Source: Lepidodermella squamata | Lineage: Eukaryota > Animalia > Gastrotricha | NCBI GenBank assembly: GCA_047495785.1 | Contig: JBLDXI010000015.1 | Coordinates: forward strand, 806,001-870,000 | DNA: 64,000 nucleotides | Reading direction: 5' to 3' | Shown here: in pieces, positions 12,747 to 26,275 of the stretch | Layout: each line of letters opens with the position of its first letter | Position numbering within the stretch: the stretch's first letter is position 1 | Program-made: the position numbers and the translations under genes | The notes under the pieces: generated by a model | Database searches by the model: none | Seen by the model: only the letters and a program-made list of their open reading frames with translations | Told to the model about the DNA's origin: nothing

Positions 12747-15178
12747 TCAACGGGCAGATTGAGCTGCGGCGTAATCCGCCGCTAGTTTTGCCTCGCGTTC
12801 GTGGTCCATTTCTTCGAGTTGTTCCAATCGAATTCGCGATTCCTCCAACAACGCCAATTGCCGGCGTTGAAGTTCCTCTAGTTTCGCTTTATTTTGTTTA
12901 CAATCTTCGGCGTGAGCCTGCAAAGATTTTTTGCCTTTGCAACCACGGCCGCATAGTTTGCACCTGAGCATCGCAGTAACTAAATGCTCCCTTTTGAAGT
13001 GAATATTGCGAAGTCGTATCCTTTCGAACCGCTCGTCACACTGCAAACACTTGTAAGGCTTATCCTCACTTTTGTGCTCAGCCTTGTGCGTTATATAATC
13101 AGCCTCGGAATCGAAGTTCTTCCAACACTGCCTGCAAGTCTTTTTTTGCTTAGCCAATTCGGATGGTTTGGCCGGTTCCTCTCCTTCAACTGAAGCTTTT
13201 GAGTCGCTTGGCTCAGGGTCCGAATCTGAGGAAAGACTTGTTACAGATGGCGAGATAGATGGCCGTTTCGGCAGGCTCAAATCTAAGATATTAGGACCTT
13301 CGTCGCCGCTTGGAAGGCGAATTCGCCGCTTTTTTAACGGCATTGGCGTCGGGGTATCTTCCGGTTTCCTTCCTTCTGGTTTCGTATCTCCAACTGTCTG
13401 TGAACATGATTCATGCTGTTTGAGAATCGGCGTTGGTTCTTCGTCTTTGAGATGAATTGGCTCGACTTCGTTTGGCTGTGAAAGCTCTGAAGGCTTGGTA
13501 TTAATCTCAGGCTGAGAAGGCGTGGGCGTGTCCTCATCGTTCTCGGCGGGTTTACTGTGTACAAAAGGACAGTTCTTATCGCGTGTCCGTGAAATGTTAT
13601 CGCTTTAACAATATTTTACCTCATTTCCCGCGTCACGATGTCCTGAAACGAGGGCATATTCACGGATTCTTTCGAAATTTCCATTGCGATTCGCTTAATC
13701 AGCTGGGCAAATACGGCGAGGGGAGGCATTGATTGCGCGGCTGTAGTTGCGGGATCGCTTGTGCTTGTTGCTGGGAAAGACGCAGCTTCGGTTGAAGTTA
13801 TCACGCTGGTTTTGTTGCTGACGTATTTTGTGAAAGCAGACGTTTCTGATTGCTTGAAAGGCTGTGGTGGAGGTGGCGGTTGCATTGGAAGATAATGAGG
13901 GCCACCCAGCCTCGCCATAATTGCACTAGCGGGAAAATTGCTAGTGGCGAGAGCTATTGGGTGAGAGAAAAAATAGTTAGATGATGAGCATCATTTCTAA
14001 ACGGGCCGGGATATTTCGATGCGATAATCGAAAATAATAATTGATAATTAAAAAAATCTGATTTATTTATTACTGATTTATTACTAGATCTTTCAAGTCA
14101 CTAACTGAATTTTGATGGAAATAGAAATATGAATGGGCCAAATATATTGGGAAACGTTTTGCAGCCCCAATATAGGTTCTATCCCAGCAAAAGTATACTT
14201 CTCAGAATCCCAATTCTTACAAAAATGTTCGCACTTGTAGAGCTATCAAATACCAAGAGCAACATTTTTAACGAAATCGCAGAGGAAGAACCTGAAGTAC
14301 CCGGAACAAACCAATGGTAGCCTGTTTGGTAATTACGGTTTCTTATGGATTATATCTTGAATTTGAATTAATTTATCTCAAATTGATTAATAATATATTG
14401 ATTTATTTGAAATCCCATCAGATAAATGCACTGGACTAATAACATCAGATAGAGTTTTTTGTCAATTTTTCAAGCGAATTCTGCGAGATTGGGACCCACT
14501 GCACATTTCTTAACCATTAAATCCATCGAGTCTCATAAGTGCTTACCAAATTTTAAAAGAGCGTCGTCGGAGCCACCATATATTAAGCTGTCAATATAAT
14601 TTCGCAGCATTTGCAGAAAACTCCACAGGGGTCAAAAAGCGAGTTCAGGAAAACATACGAAATGTGAGAACGATATTCGCCTCCTACCCCTCGAGTTAGG
14701 TGCCTTAAATACTATGACCACTACTGCAGTACGTAACCACGTTATACTACGCATTTAACTACGTGTATAGCAGCTTGATAGCTATTATATATTCACGCGC
14801 GCTACAAACAATAAAAGATTTGAAAAATGCACGTTAAATACCTTGGTTTCCTGCCTCGAGTAGAAACTGGTTTGTGAGAGGTGGTATAAAGCCTCGATTC
14901 AGATGAACCGACGCATTATCGGTTGGGTGTCGCGGGAAATTCAAGTGAGGCCCGGTGAAGCCATTCGGGCTCTTTGAAAAAGGGCCTTGTTCAGGCGGCG
15001 GCGTGACTGGAATGAGCACCCGTTGATGGAAAGTCATGTTGTGCTCAACGAAATCATCAGCGCCCATGCAGAACATGCCACAGTCACGGCACAGAATCTC
15101 CCCAATGACTGGCCCAGCTGCAGGCTGGCGGCGGGTCCTTGCGTCGGTTGGTCGCGCGAATTGTCTCATCCAATCCAT
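12747..15178 (-). CDS. C2H2 zinc-finger transcription factor (cluster member D), 3 exons
   Basis: Exons 15178-14842, 13953-13620 and 13554-12747 join in frame. N-terminal finger 'EILCRDCGMF...HNMTFH', PLKKRR and ILDLS motifs, three C-terminal fingers and a coiled-coil-like tail. Confidence 0.8.
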
Positions 15179-16762
15179 AAAAGCTCGTTATAAGCATAAC
15201 AACTGACTTCTAATAATTATTTATGACAAGTATTTTCGTCGTATCGGCATAAAGTTCCACGATTAACCGCGTGACAAACACGTGAAAAATTGTTAGCTGC
15301 CAACTGATCAAACAACTTGTTCATTTAAGATGAAGATGATGAGTAGTAAACTAAAGCCTTTTACTTCAAAATTACGCTCATAACACAGCGACCGGGTGCA
15401 CCAATGATGAATTTCATCGCAAAACTTTTGTCAACAAACTACCATTCTACGCAGGTAAAAAACAAGCTTTATGCCTTGACCTATATAAATTGCACGCTAC
15501 ATACTGCTAATGTTGGCTCAAGGCATAATACGCCTTTGTTCGGCCAACAATGACGTGGCACTTTATTCACGCTATAAATAACGACCATCAAAAAGCTGGG
15601 AATCGAAATTATCACACCGATTGATTTCGCGACACATTTCAGGGTATACAAGCTAGAAAACTTTGCCCGTAGAGATAACGTGTAAAATAGGTGAAATTGC
15701 AGAAAGTCAAGAGTTATAAAGAAATGCTTTCAGTATAAATATAATGCTGCGTTGGTTATCGTGCAGGTGATTCAACACGCATGCACATTTTTACTACGCC
15801 TCCTCGTCTAGTCGCGGAGATAACGACACTTACGTATATAACCAATGCCAGGCGGCCGAAAGCTCCACGCCTTGTTTGTCGATTTCAACCTAACCGCTAG
15901 AGAATACTTCTAAAATGGAGGATATGATATCTGAGATAAAACCTCTATTCGGAGAGTAATTCCGGTATTTCCGGTTGTTTTCTTATTCCAATTGCATGAA
16001 ATCAAATTTCGCGATCGTCAATGAATTCTGAATAGCCTTACAAAACTGAAAATATGTAGGTGAGATTGGTTTGAAACATGAAACAGGAAGGTAAAACAGG
16101 AAATTTAAGAACGGAAAAGACGGAAAGCGACCTAGAAGAGAAGCACGACAGCTCAGTTGAGGAAAAAAAACGGAACCAGGATTGAGCTGAGGTAACATTT
16201 AGAGGTTGGGAATGTCAGCTGACCTGCACTAGTCGAGCCCCGTCATACAGAAATGTCCCTTACGACAACAGACAAGACCTGGGGCTAGAGTCAGAAGAAT
16301 GGGCTTGTTGTTCTAAAGGCTCACATCCAAACAGAAGTTATGAACTATACAAATTACACAAGATCTATACACAGACAATCAGTAGTCCAGAGCTCAATAT
16401 CTCTCGCAAAGATCTCTCATCTCATGCGAGCTATATCAATCTAGTCACATTTCTACCAAATTATGTACGTATATGTTCGAACCCCTACGGTCTATCCCAA
16501 TATGATTGTCTACCTATCTAGTCAGGGTCCATTTATTATTAAGTTTATAAACCGGTTATGTCCAGTTCGGATTATTTATTTATTTATTTATTTAATGAGC
16601 ATGATATCCAGGAAGGAAGCTCGATAGTGAAAAAAGAAAGTGCAGCCGCAGTAGAGTAGTCAGAGTGCCATGGATAGGATCAGTTCCGTTTCGGGTTTCC
16701 GGTGAATTATTTAATGATTTTTGAATTATTAGAAAAAGCGAATGGTTTTTTCAGGAGTTCCA

Positions 16763-16792
16763 GGTTATAGGTTATAGGTTATAGGTTATAGG
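16763..16792. repeat. (GGTTATA)4 minisatellite
   Basis: Read directly from the sequence. Confidence 0.85.
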
Positions 16793-19027
16793 TATATCAC
16801 AAATTTTACATGTAAAATTCACTTATCAAACAATTTAAAATGGACCGATTTAGACCTGTGCGGCTTATACAACTTTTACTGTGTGTTTTTTTGTGAATTT
16901 AACGTTAAGAAGAAAAAGAAAGCGAGTGCCTGTTTTCAGTTATCAACTAAATGTATACAGCCGACTTTCGTCTGCCAAATATGAACTAATTCACGAAGCC
17001 TAATTCACAGCTATAATAGAATACGTACCCGTGCTTTTAGCGCTGAGGTCTATGTATAAGCCTTTATAGTAGTTGGCCGCTCTCCAATGGATAATTTGCA
17101 CCTGCTGAATCTTTATTCCATTTGACCATATACAGGCCGTGCATAAATTGGTCGTGCTTGTGGATTACGGAAAAACTAGGTCATAAATGCCAAATGGCAA
17201 CTGATAACTACTGATTCTGATAGCGAGCATATTAATCACCATTTTTCCATTTGCTTTTTCTGAATTCGCCGAGTCTAAATATCAAATAAACCAGGCGATG
17301 TTGAATGAGTGATGCTGGAAATTATGTGAAGCTGTATTATTGAGGATTTGGAATATGCTGGCGGTAACGCATTTCCGTTGATTGCAACAAATAAACGAAT
17401 AAAAAAGAGTGGAAATTGAAATGCGGGGTAAACATGGGCATTGTTGGAAAGATCCCCATTATTTGTCCATATTTTTCCATTCTGCATTGGTTTGTCTTGT
17501 ACGGCCTGCCAATAACTTGAATTCAGCTTAGAACTTATTTTGTTAACAAGACCGAGTTAGACTCGGATTTTTTCTGTCGGCTACATTCTGCATGTGCAGC
17601 TACCTTTGTAAAATGAGCGTTCATTATGGACTTCTCTTTTAATTGGTCTTTCAAGTAAATGAATATTGTCCCCCAGCAATGAGCTTACTAGCAAGCAATT
17701 AGTACGTTGAAGTATAGATCTAATAGCAGATTATTGAAAAAATCAAAGGTTCGGCCGCACAAGAATCCGGCATAAAATCAGTTTGATCGGGGAATTGTTT
17801 GAGTATGGACGGCGCCTCAACTAAAAGTTGGCAAGATCCTTTGCTTCACTGCTCGGCGGCTGTATTTTAACAAGCGTAGCTGAATTTTATATTGGTTCTA
17901 TCAAAGAACAAGATGGAAACATTTCTATGAAACATTATTTTGGTTTATTCAAGATGGAATCATACGCAAGCTGTAATAATCCATAACGTGGGGTCGAATC
18001 ACGTCAAGTCGGCTCGACACAGGCTATAGCTTCCTACTCGGAGAAGATGAACAAAGCGAAAAATTGATTCTCCTCGTTTCCAAATTAGTCAGGCGCGAAA
18101 GACAATTTCTCTGCCGAAATAGGCTCCCCTAAAAGTAGGAACCCCGTGAGTGTCCCATAGTTGGGCATCCGGTTATTTAACTCCAACATCTAATTTGATG
18201 CCTATGGCCCATAGCCTCATAGTTTCCTGTCTTCCAAGGCTTGAAAAGGCTGTTATATTAATGCGCTGAGAGTAATAATAAAAACTGAATAGCTTAAAAA
18301 GAAGATAATCCCGGAAATTAGAAATCGAGCTAACCGCCTCATTCCGCCTGAAGTAAAAAATGAAGTTGATTGGGATTTTTTGCTACTTCAAGCTACTGGG
18401 GACACTGTGATTTGTTCGCGATTCCGATGTCGATGCTGAAGAAAGGTTTGTTCCGATATAAAATATTATTTTATATTAAATATATTCGAATTCCACTTTC
18501 TAATTAGAGGTGGATTTCTGTGAAGATTTGCGTAAAATTCCACATTATTCATCGTCTGAACTGCGCGGGTCGTGCGTTATACCCACCTTCCTAAAGGGTT
18601 ACGCTTCGCTTTATTGCCGCGGTCAGTGAGCTACTGTAAGCGACGGCGGCGGTTCAACTCGTTCGTGTACAAAAACTAGTCGCAGACCATGGCTTGCATT
18701 TTTAGCTTTTTTCAACATCATTCACGTAAAAATATATGCGCATAGTGTTATATTAGACTTCGTATATGAATGCAAGAGCGTGAGCGTCGGCCAGGGTACA
18801 AACGTACACCGCCATCATTCTCCACATTGTCGCTCTGTTGGCTCCAATATTATACGCAAAAAAATAAGCATTGTGCAGATGTTCTAACAGCGAGAGCGTA
18901 GATCGAACCACCATATCATACCATTTACTTTTTTCATACCCATCATTTCTTGTTTCATGGTACCCTCTAAATTCTCATACCCATTATTTTTTGTTTGCAT
19001 TAGATACCATTATCCTTATTTTCCTGA

Positions 19028-20364
19028 ATGACTAATAAAGAAGTCATTTGCTGTCTATGCGGTTTGTTTCTTGAAAGTGACGTTCATCTTGCCAATCATA
19101 CGGCATCCATGCATCAAAATATGAAGCCAAGCACTACCACGGAACCAGAACCAGAACCTGAACCTGTACAACCGAGCGAATTTTCAATCGCGCAGTACGC
19201 TAAAATGATAGCATCCGCCGCTCTGATGATGCCTGTCGAGACACTTTCGTCCTATTTAATGAGCGACGAAACAAGCCGTCAATTTTTAATCGAGTCATTC
19301 AAGGCCATTGCTGTGAGGAACGTTGAAGTTGGCTCGGAATCTTCAGGGGTTGAATCTATAGCAAGCGCCAGCTCGCCAACGTCCACAAATGGGCCTGTGA
19401 CCCAAAATGAAGCTCCGTTATCACTAGTTCTGCCGCGGAAGGGTATCAACAAGGCTAATCCGGACGTTCCTAAGCCTCACAAATGTTCGCACTGTGGGAA
19501 AGGGTTCAGCTTGAAGCAGAACATGCAGGTTCATGAGCGAATTCACACGGGTGAGAAGCCTTATCAATGCCCGTTTTGCCCGGCCCGATTCAGCGATGCG
19601 AGAAATTGCAAGTCCCACCGAGCTACCCACACTAAGGAACGGCCGTTCAGTTGCGAAATTTGCGGCAATCGATTCACCCGAAAGTCAAGGTTAGTTTCGT
19701 TCTACTTTTACGTGGTGCAGGGACAATTTTCGTTTGAACTAATTTTCGCTCGGATAATAGAGCAACAGCGCGCAGTGCACGGCTTTGTATGCACGTAGTA
19801 GCTATTGTATTATATGTGGTGAAAAAAGTTGTTTACGTCTGGCGGCGTTACTTTTCGTGCGAACATTACAACGTATATATGTGCAACAACTTGTGAGGAC
19901 GATATTGCTCAACGATAAAGCGTTGTCTCGGAACATATGCACGATTTTTCCCACCCACTGTAGCGTTGACTCATTATGCACCAATGAGTGACTAATTTTG
20001 GAAATGCGAAAAAAAATATTTTGAAATTTTAAATATTCTGGGGATACCCTGAACAAGATTTGAACTATAACCTGAATTTAATATATATTTCTCTTTTTTC
20101 AGTTTGATCCAGCATCAAGTTCGCCACGTGGACACGTTTCCGCACCACTGCAAAGACTGTGACATGCGGTTCAAACGCTACGATGTGTTCCGGAAGCACA
20201 CCCACGGTCATATGCACGCTTTCCGGCACCAGTGTTCCTACTGCCCAATTCGCTTTTCGACGCGAAGGACCCTCGACTCTCACCAAGCAACCGAGCACAA
20301 TGTCACCGTCGATCCTGCCACTTATTCCTCCAACACGTTTGACGAAGATGTGGCTAAATGCTGA
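19028..20364 (+). CDS. C2H2 zinc-finger transcription factor (cluster member B), 2 exons
   Basis: Exons 19028-19689 and 20103-20364. N-terminal finger 'EVICCLCGLF', a PLSLV motif and five C-terminal fingers with an HTGEKPY linker. Confidence 0.88.
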
Positions 20365-23300
20365 TTTTACTCAAAAAATGATATTTCGTGACTCATTTTA
20401 TTCCATGAAGTACTCCGGCTATAGGGCGCTAATGTGATTTCGAACCCGAACAATTTATCAATTAAAATTGCGTTTTCAGTTGATACTGCCATGGTTTTAG
20501 AAATGGTACTATAGGAACATTTCATGTCCCGCGTTACACATACGTTATTGTTTTTCGCAACGTGACTCGGCTAAAAATAGCGTCACGTAATGTTTACTCA
20601 CATGCTGTTGTTAAACATGGTGGCATAATTTGAATGAAAAAGACGGGATAATGTGATGTTATTGACACCGCGAGTTGGTGAGTTGGCCCATGCGATGTCC
20701 TACTTCGCTCAAAATTAGCGCACGACCCGCGGAGCCGTTGGGTTGAATATTCCCGAATTGGACTTGTTTCAGTGGTTTTTCTGGTAAAAATGAGTTAGTT
20801 AGTGAATTCACCGAAGACGGGATGTAGTCTAGTTCTCCGTGTTTCACACATCTTGCGGACAAGAATAACGCTCATTGTTATTTTTATTTGCTTTGAAAAA
20901 TTGAGGTTCAACTTGATAGACGTTTTGCCAGCCATGTTGGAAAGCGTTTTCGCAATTTCGAAGAATCTACCGTTTCGGCTCATCTGTTTCAGAGTCTCCT
21001 CTACTCTCATCTAACCTAATATCTCCTGGGCAAAGTTTGAAAACGTGCGCGGCTGCTTACAAATTGCGACACGTTGCTTTCCCAATTGTTGGCCGTCCTA
21101 ATGTCCATTTGATGCCCGCCTAAACTCGCCCAGAGACTGTCAAGAGTATGACTTGGGACTCTGGCAAAGTTTGCTGTAGAATTATGAAAATGGCCAGAAT
21201 GAGCGAAATGATACAAGCTTAAACAGACCGAATAACGATGACGTACTGTATACGGCTGAATTTTCCTGTACCAAAATGTTCGTGGTCCACATTTTCGACA
21301 TTTTACCTCGAACAACGCAAATTAGAGCCATAATGAAAATTGGGTCGCATTGAAAAAATGTACAGTATCAACAATAACGCATTAATCAATTTAAGGCATA
21401 ACCATAGCAAATTACAGTAAACATAACAATGTTCCCGAGTTTCCTTACCTTGGAAATTCGTAAGGTTTCAACTTATGGAAACCTATTTTGCAACAGGCTC
21501 TGAAACCTCGTCAGATTCCAAGAATGTAAGAACGGGGCCTTACAAGCAGACCCATTTCTAAAGCACAGCGATGTCCTCTGTTTCATACTCAATCAAAATT
21601 AGATATCTGAACATCTCTCAGGACACCACACAGCTTTCAGCTCCTTCCCTCAATTATTTAGAAGTTGTTATCTTCGACGTTATGTGAATGAAACGAGCGC
21701 GAGGCTGTATTATTTTCTCATACCAAATCGGTATCTTAAGCTTAAAGCTTAAAGAACCATGACGTAAAATGCCGTTTTGAGAAATTGGGAAACTTAGTTG
21801 CTTTGCTATGATGTGAGCTATTCGCTTTACTTCTCGCCAACATAATATATTCTTCTTCATGAAGTAAAGCAATGGTGTCACTTAACTCAATTTAGTATGC
21901 ACTTGGCACAAAATTTATTTAAACAGCTTTCATCGCCCTCTAAAAGAGGAAGATTTCGAACAAGGTGGAACAACAGTATAGAAGTTTGATTAAAGTGGTC
22001 GCATCAAAGTGAAAAGCTCTGAAACTTCCAAATTTCTCCGTAAGTTCCGAATAGGGAATTTTAGCCGAGGAAAATGATAACATTTGCCCAGTTTTAGCAA
22101 AAGTAAGTATAGTTTAGTTTCCGTGCTAAGGGATTTCGGTGGGAAAAAACTAACATATTTAGCAAGATGAGAATGATAATCAAAGTGCGCTATGTATTTA
22201 ACTCAAATTAAAATGATGAAATTAATAAAAATAGCAGGATATTCTCCAACTTCAGGGTGAGTGATGATCATTTTTGCCTGCCTGTGCCCTCTTCAAAACC
22301 TGAGTCGATGAAGACACTGCAGTCGAGGAAGTGATTAAATATCTCGATTTTCTTATTACTTTTGTCACTGACTAGGTCGACTGACACGAAGCTTGGAGCT
22401 CAGCCAAGAATACCGCTACAACAAGCTTGCTAATCGGAGTATGCATTGCTCTATTCAGCTCCCCGTGTATGTTAACCCACGTGTCGAAACTTGCATGCCG
22501 TATATAAATATTATGACATCGCGATAATACAAAGTGGAGAAACCTTTTAATAAACAACAATAGGAATATTCAAACAAAGATTTGAGTTGAAAACTGCTCT
22601 TGTTAGCTGTGAATGGACAAAATTGATACTGTTTCAAGCTGCCAATTATCTAAGATTCTATGATAAAATTGGTAACAAAATCTTTCATTGCTGTCTTGAC
22701 ACCCAGTTATTAGTTGCCCCAACCTAAGTTCGGTCACATGCAAATCCCATGAATTATTTTTGGTGAGGTCATTGACAATTCCTCAAGAGATTGAAAAATA
22801 TCACTCAATGAGCGGGTTATACAAATTCTTATGCAGAAAGAAAATGATGCTTAGTATAAAACAATAAGAATATTCCTTGCTTGTTTGGACCACAATAGCG
22901 CAACAGTCATAATATGCTATGCCACACGTTATATACTCTACACTATACACGTAATATACACGTTATATACTCTACACACATTTATATTTTATAGGTTAAT
23001 CATTCTCAAGGAAATAGTTAAAACATCCTAATGTGTTGCACCATCGCCTGATTTCGAAATTTCTCAGGCGAAGACAGTGAGCCCCTTGACAACCGTAGCT
23101 ATGTTTCAGCGTGCATTCCAGTTTTACTGCGGTCTCAGCATTGGGTAATGGAAATTCCATCAGGGTAAATGCACTAACTTCTCAATATGCTATGCAATAT
23201 ATGTTATCACACTACAACCACTAACCACTAACTTCAAACGTGAAATTTGCGTAATAAACTATGGCTACATATATGGCTTTGACTATAATAGGATACATTG

Positions 23301-23761
23301 AATTTCTTATAGGCTGTTATGAAATATATTAAATTTTTAAATATGTTTTTCTGAGGTTAATATTTCAATCTTTAGGTGCTTTGTTCACTGCATTTTACAG
23401 CGTTCCGTTCACAACAAATCTTAAAGGCGCAAATAGTAGAGGCAAGGAGAGATGAATCTACCAACTAGCCCGTATGTGGTTATACATATGCTATTGTTGA
23501 ATGAGCCTAGCCGTGAAAAATGGATGTAGCGACAAATGTCAAAACCCAAACCTTAGGCGCTCGAAAAAGCGTGGTTGGTTTCGTGCTCACGCGCTTGAGT
23601 GAAAAAATTTCATTGCACTAGGTGACAATGCGCATTCCTCAGAAGCACTCGTATAAGCCGTAATAACAAAGAAACCTGGCGTTTGGGTGTGCGTGACTAT
23701 TACATCGTCGCATTTGGACTTAAACTTTCCTGTCAGTTTTAGGATATCTTCAACCCTAAAC

Positions 23762-25041
23762 ATGGCAACTTTCAACATTCCTCTGCCAAGGCCGGCGGAG
23801 TTGGAAGTTATTTGCAACCTATGCGGAATTTTTCTAGCTGATGAGAATAGGCTGAAGTGCCATTTGATGCTTGAACACCCGCCTGTAAGGCCAACGCTAA
23901 CAGTTGAGCCAAAATCGAACTTTCAGCCTGAAATGGTCCCTCAATTGTTACGAGGTGCCGTAGTAGCCGCGAGCAACTTGTCACCCGCTGATGGCTTCGT
24001 GAAAATCCTCGTCGAAAGAGCCAGTCGGCAGATTGTTACAGACCTCATGGAGACATTCAAAGCAGCAGCGTCCTTCAACTCTTTGATTAACAAAACACCG
24101 AAGCCTCAGGCTGAAAAGGTTACCATAGCCATTCAAACCGACCCTCTACCACCGAAAGCCGTAGCTAAACCAGTCGAGCTGTTCAGATGCTCGATTTGTC
24201 GTAAGGAGTTCACCGCGAAGCAGTCTCTGCAGGTGCATATGCGAAGCCATACGGGTGAGAAGCCGTACGGCTGCCCGGTTTGTCCGGCCAAATTCAGCCA
24301 TTCGACAAACCGCAAATCCCACCTTCGAACGCACAGCCAGCAACGGCCGTTCAAATGCGACCAATGCGATCGTGCTTTCACACGCAAATTCAGGTAGGCA
24401 GCTCCGGATTTCCTCTACTATTTCTCAATATAGTTTGGATCTTGGATGCTCTCAGATCAAAACACATTTTTCAAAACGACTCATCCTCAAAGAGACCCCT
24501 CCTCTCAGAAAATATGTACCATTCTCTCTAGTTAGATCTTATTGCCATAAATGTTTGGAAAATTTGACCTGGCCTTACACGTTGAGAAAGACAAAAAGTA
24601 ATGGGATTTCCATAGCCAGTTGAGGAAAAGCAAGCCACTGCCACAATAGGCTTATAGTGTAGCGTTCAACATGCACTTTAATTATGAAAGACTGTCAAAT
24701 AATGTATTAAACAGCTTGCCGCAAGCTTCTTATTTGCTTTTCGCCTCCCAGGGCAAAAATGAAGAATTTACGTGTAATTTTCTCACATGCATAGTTTGTC
24801 ACTACACCGGCTACGCCACGTTGAAGTCTACCCGTACAAATGCGACCTGTGCGACAAGCGGTTTCGCCGCGGTGACATTTACAAGCTGCACAGAATGGGC
24901 CATTCGGGCACGTTCCGCTTCCGGTGCAGCCACTGCTCGCTGCACTTCGCCACTCGAGTTTCGCTGAAATCGCACCTGTGGAAAGCGCACGACTGCCGTA
25001 AAATTGCTCACAGCTGCGATCTTCGGCCTGTATCAGCTTAA
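23762..25041 (+). CDS. C2H2 zinc-finger transcription factor (cluster member C), 2 exons
   Basis: Exons 23762-24393 and 24795-25041. N-terminal finger 'EVICNLCGIF' and five C-terminal fingers. The intron is at the same position as in members A and B. Confidence 0.88.
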
Positions 25042-25786
25042 TAATTCGCTATAATGATTTTTTATGACGAAAATAAATTATTTACATGAAGATGTCACTG
25101 AATTATTATTTGATGCAAAATGTAAAAGATGAATTTCCTCCAGAGTTCAAGTTAGTCCCACGAAATCCCTTGTTGCCATTGCTGCGCGACTATCTCGAAA
25201 TCGTTGAAGGCTAGGAAACTGTTTACGCACGGCGAGTTTATCTATTCAAATAGACGTACGGTTTAACCTTTATGAAAGGTTGTTGAATAATATCAGCGAT
25301 AAGTTTATTATCCTGGTAAAGATGACTAATTTCATCCCAAAACCGACACATCAAATTTAAAGTAAATCTCGGAGCAACGTTTACCTCGAGGCTTGAAAAC
25401 AGGAGTATAGCTGAGCACGGGTACTCATACGGTCTAGCCCTATACAGGGAATCGATTTCACCTAAATCCTTTGGGTTTCGGAGCAGCCTTTAGTACTTAT
25501 GCTACTAACCTGTGAAGAACCGTATCCGTTCAACTCAACCAGCGATAATGAGATTCCAAGAATTGGCTGCGATGTTTTTTGCTTGTAGGTAGTGTCCGTC
25601 TAACACATATAACACATCCAATTACTAGTTACATTCCAATTTGTGCAACTTCAATGGCGCAAATCCCAAGGTGGTTGGAGCAATACTTGATTTTTAAGGA
25701 ATGTTATAAGCAAGGTAACTAAAATGTTGCTTTGGGACCCCCTCTTATCTCCCAATCAAAGAATCATTTCAAGACAAATATTGGCC

Positions 25787-25920
25787 TGGGTATCTAGCCA
25801 CCCGCCACCCGCAACCCACCCCCAAAATTTGACTGTCCCTAAATTCCGAGCTTTTTAGGTCTATTTTTACCCCATTTCGCGACTACCCACCCCCAATTTC
25901 GAAGGCTAGGTAAACCCTTG
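25787..25920. mobile_element. Short MITE; second copy at ~39958-40088
   Basis: Shares ctagccaccc...catttcgcgacta.cca.cc.aaatttc.aa.ggc.ag.taaa.cctt with the 39958 copy; ends form an imperfect inverted repeat. Confidence 0.55.
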
Positions 25921-26275
25921 CTCTTAGTTGCTCTCGGAAGAAAAATGAGGATCCAACGATTGGCTTTTGCACCTGAAGTTCAGGTGAACATCGGCGGCTA
26001 ATTTTGCACCGTTTGTGCGGCTGCGCAAAAAAGAAATTTTCTTTATTTTTTCGGAAAACGGAAAACAGATGATGCGCCATCTGTTCATAATTTTTTCCCA
26101 AAATCGACCAGTCCAGAATTGCCAGTTAATTGTCAAGCCTTAAATCAGGTAAAAATCAGAGAAAAAAACACGACTCATTTGTTGCGTGAAATCGCTCTTT
26201 ACTTCGGCTTCAAATTGGCTTAAAAAATTACAAGTTGGTAACATCACGTAATTGTTAAAAATTCAGAAAAAAATG

